From positions 29,509 to 93,508 of the IMG/VR virus record IMGVR_UViG_3300049460_000123: a stretch of 64,000 nt of DNA; one strand, 5' to 3'. The notes under the pieces were generated by a model that worked only from the letters and a program-made list of their open reading frames with translations, was not told the origin of the DNA and did no database searches. The DNA is from a virus. The position numbers and the translations under genes were made by a program. Position 1 is the stretch's first letter. Every line of letters begins with the position of its first letter. Below, in pieces: positions 20,511 to 31,543 of this stretch.

Positions 20511-20528
20511 CATTGGAGAGGATGCTAG

Positions 20529-20789
20529 TTAGGATTGCCCGAGGTTCTCTTTTGCCTTGGCGATTACCTGGTGCAGCGTGCCGCGCTCATTGATCAAATC
20601 CTGATACTTCGCGACCTCCTTCTCGTCGCCGGCGAGCGCCGCCGTGCGCGCGGGTTCGAGCTGGGCCTCGACGGCCTCGAGCCGATCCGTCGCCATCTTC
20701 AGAATTTTCCGCTCCATCGCATCGGTTTGATTCGCCATCGCGGCGAGCTCGCCCAAGTCGCCACGGACTTTATCGGGATTCGGTTTCAT
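20529..20789 (-). CDS. Small coiled-coil protein under an operator-controlled promoter
   Basis: 86 aa, GAGGAG SD; CTGACA-18-TATACT promoter overlapping the operator at 20828. Confidence 0.7.
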   Translation of the reverse strand: MKPNPDKVRGDLGELAAMANQTDAMERKILKMATDRLEAVEAQLEPARTAALAGDEKEVAKYQDLINERGTLHQVIAKAKENLGQS

Positions 20790-20830
20790 TGCGCTCCTCC
20801 GCGCGGTCTAGGTTATGGCGGACAGTATAA

Positions 20831-23800
20831 TCAAAAAAGATCATGTGTGTCAGATTGTTGCGCCGCTTGCCGCTGCTTCAGGAAGTACGCGACGCCCGTG
20901 TCGTCGAGACCCTCGAGCGACGAGCTCATGAGATCCCGCATCCCGTATTTCTTTTCGAGGCGATCGCGCGCCCGCGTCTCCTCCGGATGGTTTGCCTGCA
21001 TGTCGATCAGCTCGACATTGCGGGTTTGCCCGAGGCGATGGATCCGCGCATTACGCTGCGCATGCGTCTTCGCCGTCGCCGGGATGTCGTGCTGGATCAG
21101 GTACTCGCCTGATTGCAGGTTCATGCCGACGGCGCCGGCGTCCGACGCGATCAGGATGTCCGCTTGCGCTTCGCCCTTCTCAGGGTTGAACATCGAACGC
21201 TTGCGATCCTTTTCCTTGGCGGTATCGCTACCCGTGATCGTCACCACGCGCTTACCCTGCTTTTCCAGCCGCTCACGGATAGCCTCGACCGCTGCGCGAT
21301 TCCGCGCAAACACGACGCCCTGCTTGTTGCCGCGCGCCTGCACGAGATCCGCGATCCGGTTCACCTTGGCGTTATCCGGATGCGTATCAATGATTCGCTG
21401 CATCGCGGACGACTTCATGATGCCGATGCTTTTTTGCAACGCCTCAGCGATTTTCTCGTGATCCGCCTCCGGCACGCCCTCGAACGACGACGGAGAGATA
21501 GCCTTGATCGCCGCGACGTCCACCTTGCCACGCATGCGCGCGATACGAGCGGCCGCCAGGTTCGACGACAGCGTGTCCATAGCCGTGCGCTGAGCCGGCG
21601 TCAGATCGACCGTCTCGCGCTTGCGCGACGCCTCGACGTCCGGCGTGATCTGTGCCGGAAACGTGTAGCGCGCCATCTCGCGTTTCAGGGCGTCTTTCGA
21701 TGCCATCGTGTCAGCGCCATACCGGCGCATGAACGCGGCCCGGTCCTGATAGCGCTTAGGATCGAGCTTTTGCAGCATCGAATACACCTCCGACGTGTCG
21801 TTCTTAAACCCCGACTCGCCCGACGCATAGGTGTAATACGGCGTGTGCGCGGACAGCGCGTCCGTCACGTTCGCCAACGTCGAATTCTCCTTGCCGGCGC
21901 GGTTGAGCGTGTCATGCGCCTCGTCGATGAACGACGCGTCGAAGTTGATCCCCTCCTTGTCCATGACGCCCTTGATCCACGCCTGGCGATCGTCCGGCGT
22001 CATCTTGCCGAGCTGCTCCGTCATCGCATTCTCATCGATGCCGGCGTGCGTGGCGCCGAGGTGCACCATGTCGCCCCGGAATGACTGGTGTGTCATCACG
22101 CAGATATGCGTGTCCGGATCCTTGTACGCCGCAATGCGCGACTCCTGCGACGCACCCGGCTCGATATGCCACTTGAATTTGCCGGGCTCGAGCAGGCGCA
22201 ATGCCTCGCCGCTGAACTGCCCTTGCACGACGCTGGGCACCAGCATGACGCTGCGCTTGACCTTGCCGAGACCGTGCAGGTGCGCGAACCCGCCGAGCAT
22301 GACGTTGGTCTTGCCGGATCCGGCGCCGAATGCCAGGCCGAGGCGCTTGTTCTCCGCCAGCATCTTGATCGCGCGCTGCTGATTCGCGTACTTGCCGTTC
22401 ATCGACACGTTCCACATCTTTGTCGGCTTGCCGGGCTTGAAATTCTTTCCGACGATTCCCATCATGCCGGCGAGCTGGCGTTCCGCCTCGTGCCCGATCG
22501 TGTGCCGCTCGTCGCCGGCGAGCGCGCGCTCTTTCGGCTCCTCAGCGCCGCCGAACATATCCGGCTCGTCGCCCGCGAAGAATCCCATCTGGCTTTGTTC
22601 GAACGCCTCGCGCTGATCGCGCGCCGCGTCGAGCTTGTCGGAAACACTGCCCGACGCATACCGGCCGCCGGAGCGCTCGCGCAGACTATCCGTGAGCTCG
22701 CGCTCGCGTGCGCGGCGCGCGTCGCGCGCGGCATGGTCCGTCGCGTCCAGATGATTCAGATTGTTGCGCACGACTGCGCGGCCGATCTTGAGCGGGTTGC
22801 CCGGATTCAACTTGTTGTGCGCCTCCGCGAACGAGCGCGACACCTTCGACTTGATCAGATCCTGGACGGCCTCGTATGCCTTGGCATTGCCGCCCATCGT
22901 CTCGAGGTACTTGCCCCACGTCAGCGACGACGCATTGATCTTGCCCGCGAGCTCGTCGCGCTGCGACTTCCAATCCGTCCACTCAGGATTCTCCGTCGAG
23001 TCGCCGAACATATCGGTCGTCTCTTTCTCCGGCTCGTTCGCCGTCAGCCGCTCGAGATCCTGGCGCATCGCGCCGGCCTCCGGGCTTTCCTTGGCGACGT
23101 TCTTGTAGAAGTGCTCACGCAGCGCGGCCTGATCCTGATTCGTCAGATCGCCGATCTGCTTGTACGCCGCCGTCCCCTCCGGCGTCTCCGCCAGCGCGCG
23201 ATGCAGCGCCTCGACGGACTTCTGGTCGACCGTGAACTTCTGCCGGTTCATCGGCGATCGCGTCGCGCCGTGCCGCGCCTCGACGAACTCGTCGGCATAC
23301 TTGTCGAACGAGTCGCCCAGCTCCTCAGCGCGGCGCATGTTGCCGTCTTCGCCCTTGAGCGGCGCGACCGCGTCGAGCGCCGTGCGGTATTGCTCCGCGC
23401 TGGCCGCGCCGACCTGCTGGAAGAAGTCGCCCGACTGGATGTCCGCGACGATATCGCCCGGCGCATCGCCGTCAGCCGTGCGGCCGCCGATGTAGTCACG
23501 CAGCGATTGCTCGAGATCCTCGCCCGGCGCGAACGGTTCCGCAATGCGCGGCGCGACGCCCGGCTGAACGTTCATCGCGAGATCCGGCCGGTTTGCGACG
23601 CCCAGCGGGAGCCAGTCGTCCTCGTCCTGGCCGCCGGCGATGATGTCGAGGTTTCGCTTAACCTGCTCGATGTCCGCTCGATCGATCGGCTTTGCCAGCC
23701 GGTCCATGCCGGCGCCGTGCACCGTCAGGAACGTGTCGCCGCCGACATTCTCGATCTGGTAATCGCCGCGCTGCAGGCCAATGGCGCGCGCCTGGCGGAT

Positions 23801-25381
23801 CGCATCCTCGACGCCAGTCTTGCCGAGCGACACCTCGAGCTTGTCCTTTTTGCCCTGCTTCAGCGCGACCGACAGCGCCGCGTTCGCCTCCATCTCGCCG
23901 AGCGCCTGCCCGAGAATCTTTTGCGCCTCGCCGATCGCCTCGCGCCGCGTGCCGTTGAGCGCCTGCGCAGTTTGCATGTCCGCGCCGCTCGCCGCATCGC
24001 TGAGCTCGATCTCCTTCGCCGACTTCATCAGATCGCGCGCGCGGCCCATCGCGTCAGCGCTCGCCGTCATGTAGTGGTGCATGTGGAAATCCTGCACGCC
24101 CGCCTGAATCCGCTCGACGTCGTCCGGCATGTCGGTGTGGATCCGGCGCGCGAGCACCTGCGCAGCGCCGGCGATGCCGAGCACGTCGACGACACTGCGA
24201 TCGACCAACGCGGATCCGCTCACGGCCAGCGCCAGCGAATTCACGCTGTTGTACGCTCCCACGCCGATATGCTTGCCGAGCGTCTCGGACGGATCGCCGC
24301 CGGCGACCTTGCCGACTTCGGACAGGAACGTCAGGGTTTGCGCCGTGCGCAAGTCCTGCTCGATATCCTTCGCGATTTTCTCGTCAGCGTCCGGATCTGC
24401 CGTGTACTCGAGCACGTAGGCTTTGGGCTCGACGGTCGACTTGTCGATCTCCGCCTTTGCCTGCTTCGCCTGCTCCTGGACCTTTTTGAGCGCCTTTTGC
24501 GCGCGCAGCAACTCGACCGCCTTTTGAGCGCTCGTCAGGGTTGCGTCCGGCACTGGCGCGACCGGCTCGCGAATGTTTTTGAGCTCCTCTCGCACCATGC
24601 GCGCAGTGTCGCCGCGCTTGATCGCCGCCTCGCGCTGGCTATCCGTCATCGTCGACAGTTTCGCCGCGCGCGCCTGATCTACCTCCGTGCGCAGTTCCTT
24701 TTCCGTCAGACCGGCTTTCTCGGCGCGGCCCTTGTAATCCTTCGCGTAGCCGAGTCCGTCGGACACCTGCGGCACCGGGTTCAAATCCTGAACCGTGAGT
24801 GTGTCCGGATCATCCGTGTGCACCGGAATCTCGCCGATGCCGGCGTCCATGCGCGCCGCGCTATCCGTCACCAGCCGTTCACGCTGTAGCCCAACGGCGT
24901 CAGTCGCGCGTTTCAGGATCTCGCGATGATGCTGTGCCTCGAGCTTCTTGCGGGCCGCCGGAGACAGATCCTTATGCGCCTCCGCATCGAACTCCGTTTC
25001 CTTCTTGTCCCAGCCGAGCGTGCTCGCGACCGTGTCGACGAACTCCTTCTCCGCTTTCTTCCGCTGCACCTGGATCGCCTCATGAGCCTTTTGCTTCGAC
25101 TCATGGATCCCGGCCTCCTTGTCGGCCTTGACCTTGTCTTTGCGCGCCTTGGCCGCGTCAGCCTTCTTCGCCGCCGCTTCGGCCTTGTATTCCGACTCGT
25201 GCTTGACCGCGCGCAGGCGCAGGTGATTCATCGAGCCGCCAGCGCCGCCGATCACCGTCGAGCTTCCATCTGGATTCGGCTGGATCAGGATAGGCTGGCC
25301 CGTGCCGTCGCCGTGCGAGTGCACCGTGATCCATCTCGCGCCAGCGGGAATGGATGCTTTGAGGAGGAGAATTTTGCGCAT
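20831..25381 (-). CDS. Large SNF2-family helicase (DarB-like, probably virion-packaged)
   Basis: Walker A AFGAGSGKT, DEAH, ASDAGAVGMNLQ, QRNARIHRLGQ; late promoter. Confidence 0.85.
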   Translation of the reverse strand: MRKILLLKASIPAGARWITVHSHGDGTGQPILIQPNPDGSSTVIGGAGGSMNHLRLRAVKHESEYKAEAAAKKADAAKARKDKVKADKEAGIHESKQKAHEAIQVQRKKAEKEFVDTVASTLGWDKKETEFDAEAHKDLSPAARKKLEAQHHREILKRATDAVGLQRERLVTDSAARMDAGIGEIPVHTDDPDTLTVQDLNPVPQVSDGLGYAKDYKGRAEKAGLTEKELRTEVDQARAAKLSTMTDSQREAAIKRGDTARMVREELKNIREPVAPVPDATLTSAQKAVELLRAQKALKKVQEQAKQAKAEIDKSTVEPKAYVLEYTADPDADEKIAKDIEQDLRTAQTLTFLSEVGKVAGGDPSETLGKHIGVGAYNSVNSLALAVSGSALVDRSVVDVLGIAGAAQVLARRIHTDMPDDVERIQAGVQDFHMHHYMTASADAMGRARDLMKSAKEIELSDAASGADMQTAQALNGTRREAIGEAQKILGQALGEMEANAALSVALKQGKKDKLEVSLGKTGVEDAIRQARAIGLQRGDYQIENVGGDTFLTVHGAGMDRLAKPIDRADIEQVKRNLDIIAGGQDEDDWLPLGVANRPDLAMNVQPGVAPRIAEPFAPGEDLEQSLRDYIGGRTADGDAPGDIVADIQSGDFFQQVGAASAEQYRTALDAVAPLKGEDGNMRRAEELGDSFDKYADEFVEARHGATRSPMNRQKFTVDQKSVEALHRALAETPEGTAAYKQIGDLTNQDQAALREHFYKNVAKESPEAGAMRQDLERLTANEPEKETTDMFGDSTENPEWTDWKSQRDELAGKINASSLTWGKYLETMGGNAKAYEAVQDLIKSKVSRSFAEAHNKLNPGNPLKIGRAVVRNNLNHLDATDHAARDARRARERELTDSLRERSGGRYASGSVSDKLDAARDQREAFEQSQMGFFAGDEPDMFGGAEEPKERALAGDERHTIGHEAERQLAGMMGIVGKNFKPGKPTKMWNVSMNGKYANQQRAIKMLAENKRLGLAFGAGSGKTNVMLGGFAHLHGLGKVKRSVMLVPSVVQGQFSGEALRLLEPGKFKWHIEPGASQESRIAAYKDPDTHICVMTHQSFRGDMVHLGATHAGIDENAMTEQLGKMTPDDRQAWIKGVMDKEGINFDASFIDEAHDTLNRAGKENSTLANVTDALSAHTPYYTYASGESGFKNDTSEVYSMLQKLDPKRYQDRAAFMRRYGADTMASKDALKREMARYTFPAQITPDVEASRKRETVDLTPAQRTAMDTLSSNLAAARIARMRGKVDVAAIKAISPSSFEGVPEADHEKIAEALQKSIGIMKSSAMQRIIDTHPDNAKVNRIADLVQARGNKQGVVFARNRAAVEAIRERLEKQGKRVVTITGSDTAKEKDRKRSMFNPEKGEAQADILIASDAGAVGMNLQSGEYLIQHDIPATAKTHAQRNARIHRLGQTRNVELIDMQANHPEETRARDRLEKKYGMRDLMSSSLEGLDDTGVAYFLKQRQAAQQSDTHDLF

Positions 25382-25421
25382 GACCATAATTTTCTGGTCA
25401 CGACTTCCGGCCCGGCGCAGT

Positions 25422-25750
25422 GATACCTAGATACCACGCCGATACCATGCATGGTATCGGCTGGAATCCTTGCCTGATAAGGCTTTCAGCCCCCTAGATA
25501 CTAAAATACCTATTTTTTAAGATAGATATATAGATAGAGAGGGGGGGATGTATAGGGGGGGATATGTGTATATATATCTGTATATGTCTTGCCGCAGGAA
25601 TGGTATCTTGGTAAATTTGGTATCTTGCCTTTAGAATCAATTACTTAGCCGATACCACCGATACCATATGGTAACCATAGGCGTAAAAAAAACGCCCGGA
25701 GGCGCCTTTTAGGGGGGGTACCCCCCCCCACTTTGACAGGGGGGGAGGGG
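25422..25750. repeat. GATACC-repeat region around an AT-rich core (candidate lytic origin or pac site)
   Basis: Multiple GATACC/GGTATC units; 24-bp perfect palindrome GCCGATACCATGCATGGTATCGGC; IHF consensus AATCAATTACTTA; G7-TA-C9 tract. Confidence 0.6.
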
Positions 25751-28700
25751 TCAGACTAGCTCGAGTGCCTTGGCGAGGGTGTCCGCCTTCTTCACCGCCG
25801 CCACGAACCGATCAAATGCCGCATTGATCTTTACCCGCTCGTCACCCTCCGGGTAAGGTTTCCACTGCACACCCGTCAGCGGATCGACATGGAATCGATT
25901 ATCGGCGAGCGACGAAAGGTAGTCGTTCCGGCGGCCCTTGTCGGATAGACGATCCTCGACCCAGGACTGAAACGCGCGCGCGGCCATCTCGTGCGTAAGT
26001 TGCCAGTACTCTTTCGAACCCGTGTCGAGCTTGCTGGCCTCGAACGCGAACGACGACATGCCTTTGCCCTGCTTCACCTCGACGGCGCCGCCTTCCGGGT
26101 TGCCGCCGAAGTGCGCCGCCGCGATCAGGCGCCAGATCTCGCGCGTGCTCTTGCGCTTCTTCGTCAGCGTCTTATCGTCCGGATAGACGGCGTCGATCGC
26201 CTTGAACGCGTCGTGCACCGTGCCGGCGTCGCGGATCGAGCGCGCGACCGCGTTCGGATACGTGCCGTTGAGGTTGCGCTGTGCCATTTTCACATCCGAT
26301 GCCGTGTACGAGATCAGCTCCGTGTGTTGGTGCGTCCCGTCGAGCATCGCGCTACGCAGTGCGATCGTTGCGTCACGCAGCTCGCCCGGCGGCAGAAGGT
26401 GCGGATTCTCCGTGATGAAGTCGTCTTGCCCGGCCGCGCCCATCCCCTCCGCTTCCTTCGCCATGTTGTCGAGCGCATGGAACCATTCGTGAGCCAGCGA
26501 TCCGCCGCCGCCCATCTTGGTAAGGTTGATAACGCGCTGGATCGGCTCGTAGTGGGCTTTGGCCGCCCCACCTCCTGCCGCGCCATTGCCGCGCGCACCG
26601 AACGCCATAGCGAGGCGCCCATTGAGCGACACGTGCGCATCGTCGGCGCCCATCAGATCCGCCAGGTCAGCGAACGCGCCGGCCGTATGCTCCGTGTGGA
26701 ACTTGGCCGACGCCACGTCGCGCAGCACCCAGTTACCCGACTGGACGTCGCGCAGGCCGAACATGTCTTTGAGCGCCATCGTCGAATCAGGCACGACGGA
26801 CCGGCCGCCGACGCGCTCGAACGAGTCCGCGACCTTGAGCTGGAACCGTGCCGACTCTTTCGAGATGCGCGGCGCCCGCTTCTGCTCTTTCTCCATCCAG
26901 TCCCAACCGATTTTGCCGACCTTCGCCGCCGCGACGTGATTGGCGAACGCGTCCGAGCCCTTGTACGACCGGTACTTGATCACGCCGACGAAACGATCGC
27001 CCATCAGGTTCCACGCGCGATGCAGCGGATTTTCGGTCTGATTGCGGACCTTCGCCATCAACTTGAGCACCTCGCGCTTGCGGCCGAGCTCGCTGCGCGC
27101 GTCGTCGATCTCGTCACGGCGCGGTTTGTTGCCCTGAAGCGTGTCGCCCCAAAGTTTCGTTGCGGCCGCATCGACTTTCTCGAGATCGGCGAGCTTCTCG
27201 TCCAACTCCGGCTTTGGCGCCCACCCGCGACGCTTGCGATTCTCGACCGCTTCCCGCGCGCGATACAACTCGACGCGGGTTTTCTGCATCTCGTTATAGA
27301 GCGCAGTGTTGCCGGCATCGATCTCCCGGCTTTCATTCGCCAACGCCAGCGATGCATTGCCGTGCACCTGGTATTGCTCCGACTCCTCAGCCGTCAGAAT
27401 GGCGCCCTCGAACTCCTCTCGCAGATTGTCGAGCACGCCCGTCACTTCGGCCGGCGTCTTGCATCCCTCGAGGCGATCGCGTAACGATTGCAGGCCGATC
27501 GCGTAATCCTGGCGAGCGCTCGGATTGTCAGCGCTGGGCTCTTGCCCGATAGCCGCATAGATGCGATCGACGAGGAACCCGGCGCCCGGCTCCATGCCGC
27601 CGGCGCGCAGCGCATCCCAATCGACGGTGCCGAACAGGTTCGACTTCGTGATCAGGCTTTTCGCCTCGCGCGGGTTCTGCTCGAGCGCGTCCCAGTCGAT
27701 CGCCGTCGCGAACACCCGGGCGCCCTCTTTCTTGGCCCGCGTGATCACCTCGAGCGCCGCGCGTTCCTTACGGGATCCGCCAATGTGCCCGGTATCAGCA
27801 TAGCGATAATTTTCACTGGACGGACGGTCGACCTCGACCGGCTCCTCGCGCGCCGCGACGCGTTCGGCGATCTTCGAGACTAGATCCTTCGCTTTCTCGC
27901 TATGCGGATCGCGCGCCAGCTCGTCGGCGAGATCCTCGCGGTCTTCGGCGAGCTCGACGTCGGGATTGGCCTGCGTAGCTTCGGCGGCCGGCGCGGGCGC
28001 CACGTCCACCGGATTCCCGTGCGACGACTTCGCCGGATCCTTTACGATCTCAACCGGAACCATCTGGCCGCCATGCATCACTACACGGCCGTCCGGATAG
28101 TTGCCCTTGTAATCTCGATGGACCTTTTTCCATTCGTCCATCGTCATCCGGATCACCTTCTTAGGTGCCTTCGCAGCTTCGTCGGCAGCGCGCCGTGCAT
28201 CATCGGCAGCTTGCGCCTGCTTACGCATGCGATCCGCCGTCAACCGATCCTGGAACTGACGATCAACCTCGACGATCTTTTGACGCAACCGATCGACGGC
28301 AGATGCGTATTGCATCAGCTTGAAGTGATTGACCTGCTTTTCGATATCCTCCAGTAACCGACTTGCGTCGATGCCGTTGCCAGCGTCGAGACGCTCCTCA
28401 AGCGTAGCAATACCCTTCTCGATATCCGCACGCGGCGCCGCGTATTCGTCGTAAGCCTGCTTGTAGATATAGCCGAAGTCATACCAGACGCCGTCGACCT
28501 TGGCCTCGCGCTTGTCGTGCGAGATACCATCGATCTTGCCGGCGCGCATCGGGAAAGTGCCGGCCACCTTGACCGACTCGCCGCGCTCGAATTTCACAGG
28601 CGACAGCTTGTCGTCTATCACACGCTGCACAGTGAATGCATTCCGCGAGTTGTCATCCTCCTCGTTCGCACGATGCCAACGACCGTCGCGCAGCACATAC

Positions 28701-30733
28701 TCGACGCCGTGCTCCGTCTTCGTATCGCCGTCTTTCGGCCCTTGCTCGACCGGCGCGGCCACAGCCTCCGCCGGTTTCGTTACCACCAGCAAGCGCGCGT
28801 TGGCGCCGGTTTGTGACGGCAGATCCGAACCCTTGAACGTGTTTTCCGGCAGCTTCTCGACGTCGGCGCCGTGCTCATCGAGCCACGAACGGAACGCCGT
28901 CGCGCGCTGATCGGATCCGAAGAAAACACCCTCGCCGGCGATCGCGACCAGCTTGCCGCCCGGCTTGAGCATGTCGTATGCGCGCATGATATGCGCCGCG
29001 TCCTTGCGATCGGAGAACGGCGGATTCATGATCACCGCGTCGTACTGCTTGCCCGGCTCGAACGTGTCGAAGTCGTGCGCCGCGATGTTGTGCCCCTTCG
29101 CGCTCAGCACATTGCGCAGCGTGTCGGATATCTCGATCGCGTCGACCGTTGCGCCCGCATCGCGCGCCGCGTCCGCGAGGTGCCCATTGCCGGCTGACGG
29201 CTCGAGCACAGACATACCCGGCTTGACGCCCGCCATCTCCGCCATCTTGGCCGCGAGCGGCTTCGGAGTCGGGAAGAAATCGATGCCGACCTTTTTGCCG
29301 ACCAGCGCGCGTTCAGCCGCCTTGATCGGATCCTCTTTTTTCACGCCGTCACGGAACACCAGGTATTCGGCGAGCGCGAGGCGCAACTCGTGATCATTCG
29401 TGATACCGATGCGCGCCAGGCGGTCGACCTTCTTGATCTGCTCGTCATTCCACCAGCCGAGACCCGATCGAATGTCTTTCTCATCAAGGTATTTTTTAAG
29501 ATCTTTGACCATCGCGCCATCCGGGCCGCTCGACGCGCGCAGGCGTTCGATCAGCGGCTTGGCCCCGCGCTTGCCCTGCAGCTTCTCGATCAGACGCGGC
29601 TTGTCGGCGCCACCAGTGCCCCACGACGGCCGGTAGATTTTCGCGTTGCGGATATCGTCCGGCGTCGGCGCGCGGCCCTTGGCTCGTTGCTGATCGACAT
29701 AGGACAGGTCACGATCCGTCGCATACATTGCATTGCGCACGGACTCATCAAGCGATTCGACAGCCGCGCGCGTGCTGATGCCCTTCAGATGCTTCGCCTC
29801 GCCCGCCTCGATCGCGTCCGCAAGATTGATCATCGTGCCGGCGATCGCGAGCCGCTTGCTTGCATCCGCCTCCGCCCCGGCCGCCATGCGTGCACGGCGC
29901 GCGGTATTGGCGAGGCGATCGCGGCCGAGATTCTCGTTAGCCTGATCTGCCAACTTCGCACCAGCCGCGCGCAGCTTGGCCGCCTGCTCTTTCGACTTGT
30001 CGACGACGGGCGCCGGCGCCACTTCATCAGTCTTCTCAGCCGGCTTGGTGAACATGACGCGCGGAGCGGCCGCCGGCGTGGCGCCGTCGAGATGCTTCTC
30101 GCGAATGAACCAGCCGCCGTCCTTTTTGAACGTGTACGCGTCGATCGCCTTCGCCTGGTCGTGCGTCAGATCCGTGCGCACGACGCCGCGCAGGACTTTG
30201 CCCTTGCCGGTCGTGTGCTCGACGATATCGTGCGCGGACGGAGCCGGCTTTTCCTCCGCCACCTGCGTCTCCGCCTCGACCGGCTCTTTCTCTGCCGGCG
30301 CGGCCGCTTCCTTCGCAGCTTCGATTACCGGCTCCGCTTCTTTCGCCGGCATGGGTTCCGGTTCTGGCGTGCGCAGATCGCCGACATGCATGCCCAGCCG
30401 CTCGACGACGGACGCCGCTGTAATGTCATCGATATGCGCCATCGCGTCGATCAGCTTCGCGCGCTGCTCCGGCCGCATCTCCATCAGCGTCGAGCGCATG
30501 CGTGCCGGGCCGCCGTGCTTGGCGAGGAACTTGTCCAGCTTGGGAGACTGCTTAGCGGCCTTTGGCGCTTCAGGAGCGGGGCCGAACAAGTGCCCCTGCT
30601 CGTGAGGCTTCATCGCAACGTGCGCAGTGCGCATGTGCGGTTTGACGTACGTGCCGTCCTTCCGGTACGAGCCGGCGACGTGCACCGGCATACCGAACAG
30701 CGGGAGCTGCGACTTGCGAAGAATGAAGATCAT
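25751..30733 (-). CDS. Polyvalent protein: N6-adenine MTase + HExxH zincin-like + LPD1 domain
   Basis: DFFPTP, VLEPSAGNG and MNPPF MTase motifs; AHEWFHALD; C-terminal YW...EMAARAFQSWV...NDYL...PYPEGDER..INAAF. Confidence 0.85.
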   Translation of the reverse strand: MIFILRKSQLPLFGMPVHVAGSYRKDGTYVKPHMRTAHVAMKPHEQGHLFGPAPEAPKAAKQSPKLDKFLAKHGGPARMRSTLMEMRPEQRAKLIDAMAHIDDITAASVVERLGMHVGDLRTPEPEPMPAKEAEPVIEAAKEAAAPAEKEPVEAETQVAEEKPAPSAHDIVEHTTGKGKVLRGVVRTDLTHDQAKAIDAYTFKKDGGWFIREKHLDGATPAAAPRVMFTKPAEKTDEVAPAPVVDKSKEQAAKLRAAGAKLADQANENLGRDRLANTARRARMAAGAEADASKRLAIAGTMINLADAIEAGEAKHLKGISTRAAVESLDESVRNAMYATDRDLSYVDQQRAKGRAPTPDDIRNAKIYRPSWGTGGADKPRLIEKLQGKRGAKPLIERLRASSGPDGAMVKDLKKYLDEKDIRSGLGWWNDEQIKKVDRLARIGITNDHELRLALAEYLVFRDGVKKEDPIKAAERALVGKKVGIDFFPTPKPLAAKMAEMAGVKPGMSVLEPSAGNGHLADAARDAGATVDAIEISDTLRNVLSAKGHNIAAHDFDTFEPGKQYDAVIMNPPFSDRKDAAHIMRAYDMLKPGGKLVAIAGEGVFFGSDQRATAFRSWLDEHGADVEKLPENTFKGSDLPSQTGANARLLVVTKPAEAVAAPVEQGPKDGDTKTEHGVEYVLRDGRWHRANEEDDNSRNAFTVQRVIDDKLSPVKFERGESVKVAGTFPMRAGKIDGISHDKREAKVDGVWYDFGYIYKQAYDEYAAPRADIEKGIATLEERLDAGNGIDASRLLEDIEKQVNHFKLMQYASAVDRLRQKIVEVDRQFQDRLTADRMRKQAQAADDARRAADEAAKAPKKVIRMTMDEWKKVHRDYKGNYPDGRVVMHGGQMVPVEIVKDPAKSSHGNPVDVAPAPAAEATQANPDVELAEDREDLADELARDPHSEKAKDLVSKIAERVAAREEPVEVDRPSSENYRYADTGHIGGSRKERAALEVITRAKKEGARVFATAIDWDALEQNPREAKSLITKSNLFGTVDWDALRAGGMEPGAGFLVDRIYAAIGQEPSADNPSARQDYAIGLQSLRDRLEGCKTPAEVTGVLDNLREEFEGAILTAEESEQYQVHGNASLALANESREIDAGNTALYNEMQKTRVELYRAREAVENRKRRGWAPKPELDEKLADLEKVDAAATKLWGDTLQGNKPRRDEIDDARSELGRKREVLKLMAKVRNQTENPLHRAWNLMGDRFVGVIKYRSYKGSDAFANHVAAAKVGKIGWDWMEKEQKRAPRISKESARFQLKVADSFERVGGRSVVPDSTMALKDMFGLRDVQSGNWVLRDVASAKFHTEHTAGAFADLADLMGADDAHVSLNGRLAMAFGARGNGAAGGGAAKAHYEPIQRVINLTKMGGGGSLAHEWFHALDNMAKEAEGMGAAGQDDFITENPHLLPPGELRDATIALRSAMLDGTHQHTELISYTASDVKMAQRNLNGTYPNAVARSIRDAGTVHDAFKAIDAVYPDDKTLTKKRKSTREIWRLIAAAHFGGNPEGGAVEVKQGKGMSSFAFEASKLDTGSKEYWQLTHEMAARAFQSWVEDRLSDKGRRNDYLSSLADNRFHVDPLTGVQWKPYPEGDERVKINAAFDRFVAAVKKADTLAKALELV

Positions 30734-30763
30734 GGGGAGCCTATAAGGAGCATCCCCATATGA

Positions 30764-31543
30764 TCAAGTCACGACCAAAGCCTTATAGAATAGGACGCGC
30801 AGCGATTTGATCATCGCCGGCTTTTCCTTAGTAGCCCGAGCTTTTTTTATGAATTCCGCGACCGGCATTGCAACGATGCCACCGAAGAATCGCGGATCGT
30901 CGTAATGCGCGAGGTATGCCTTTTTTGCCGCTTCCATCGAGGCAAATCCGAGGAAACACTTGTCCTCGTCGTACTTGCTCCAATCCTTTCGCGTCATCTG
31001 GCGAACGATGTAGACCTCCGGCGCCGACTCGTCCGGACCCATGTAGACGTCGACCGGATCCCCATCGACGCCCTCAGTGCCGGCGATCTCGCCATAGGCG
31101 TACTCGAACACGGTCCGCCACTTCGCGCCGGTCTCGTCGACGCCCTCGCGTACGGTTCCCGCCGGATTCTCGATATTGATGTCGAGCCCGTTCCACTTCA
31201 TGCGCAGTTTTTTGTAGTTGCCGGCCGCCGCCTGCGCGGGAGTCGGTTTTTTCCAGCCGTCAGCGCGCTCAGACTTGACCATCCATAAATCGCCGTCCTG
31301 GCGTGCAGTGCCGCGCAGATCATCCCATGAGAACGACTGCTGGCTGTCGGCAAACTGCACCGTGATATAGGCACCGTCGACCGTCGCCTTGACGTTCGAT
31401 ATCTTGCCCGTCGCCGGACCTTTGTCCGTATGGCGATCGCTCTCGAATTCGATCCGTTGGCCGATATCGGGCCATCCATCCGGCGCACGCCGTTTTCGCA
31501 GCGCCTCGAGGCGCTTCGCGTAATCAGCTTTAATCAGCAGCAT
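30764..31543 (-). CDS. Inorganic pyrophosphatase-like (InPase) domain protein of polyvalent systems
   Basis: PTPAQ..AGNYKK...IENP.G.VREG...YG.I.GT.G.DGDPVDV...DEDK.FLGF. Start trimmed to MLLIKAD. Confidence 0.85.
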   Translation of the reverse strand: MLLIKADYAKRLEALRKRRAPDGWPDIGQRIEFESDRHTDKGPATGKISNVKATVDGAYITVQFADSQQSFSWDDLRGTARQDGDLWMVKSERADGWKKPTPAQAAAGNYKKLRMKWNGLDINIENPAGTVREGVDETGAKWRTVFEYAYGEIAGTEGVDGDPVDVYMGPDESAPEVYIVRQMTRKDWSKYDEDKCFLGFASMEAAKKAYLAHYDDPRFFGGIVAMPVAEFIKKARATKEKPAMIKSLRVLFYKALVVT

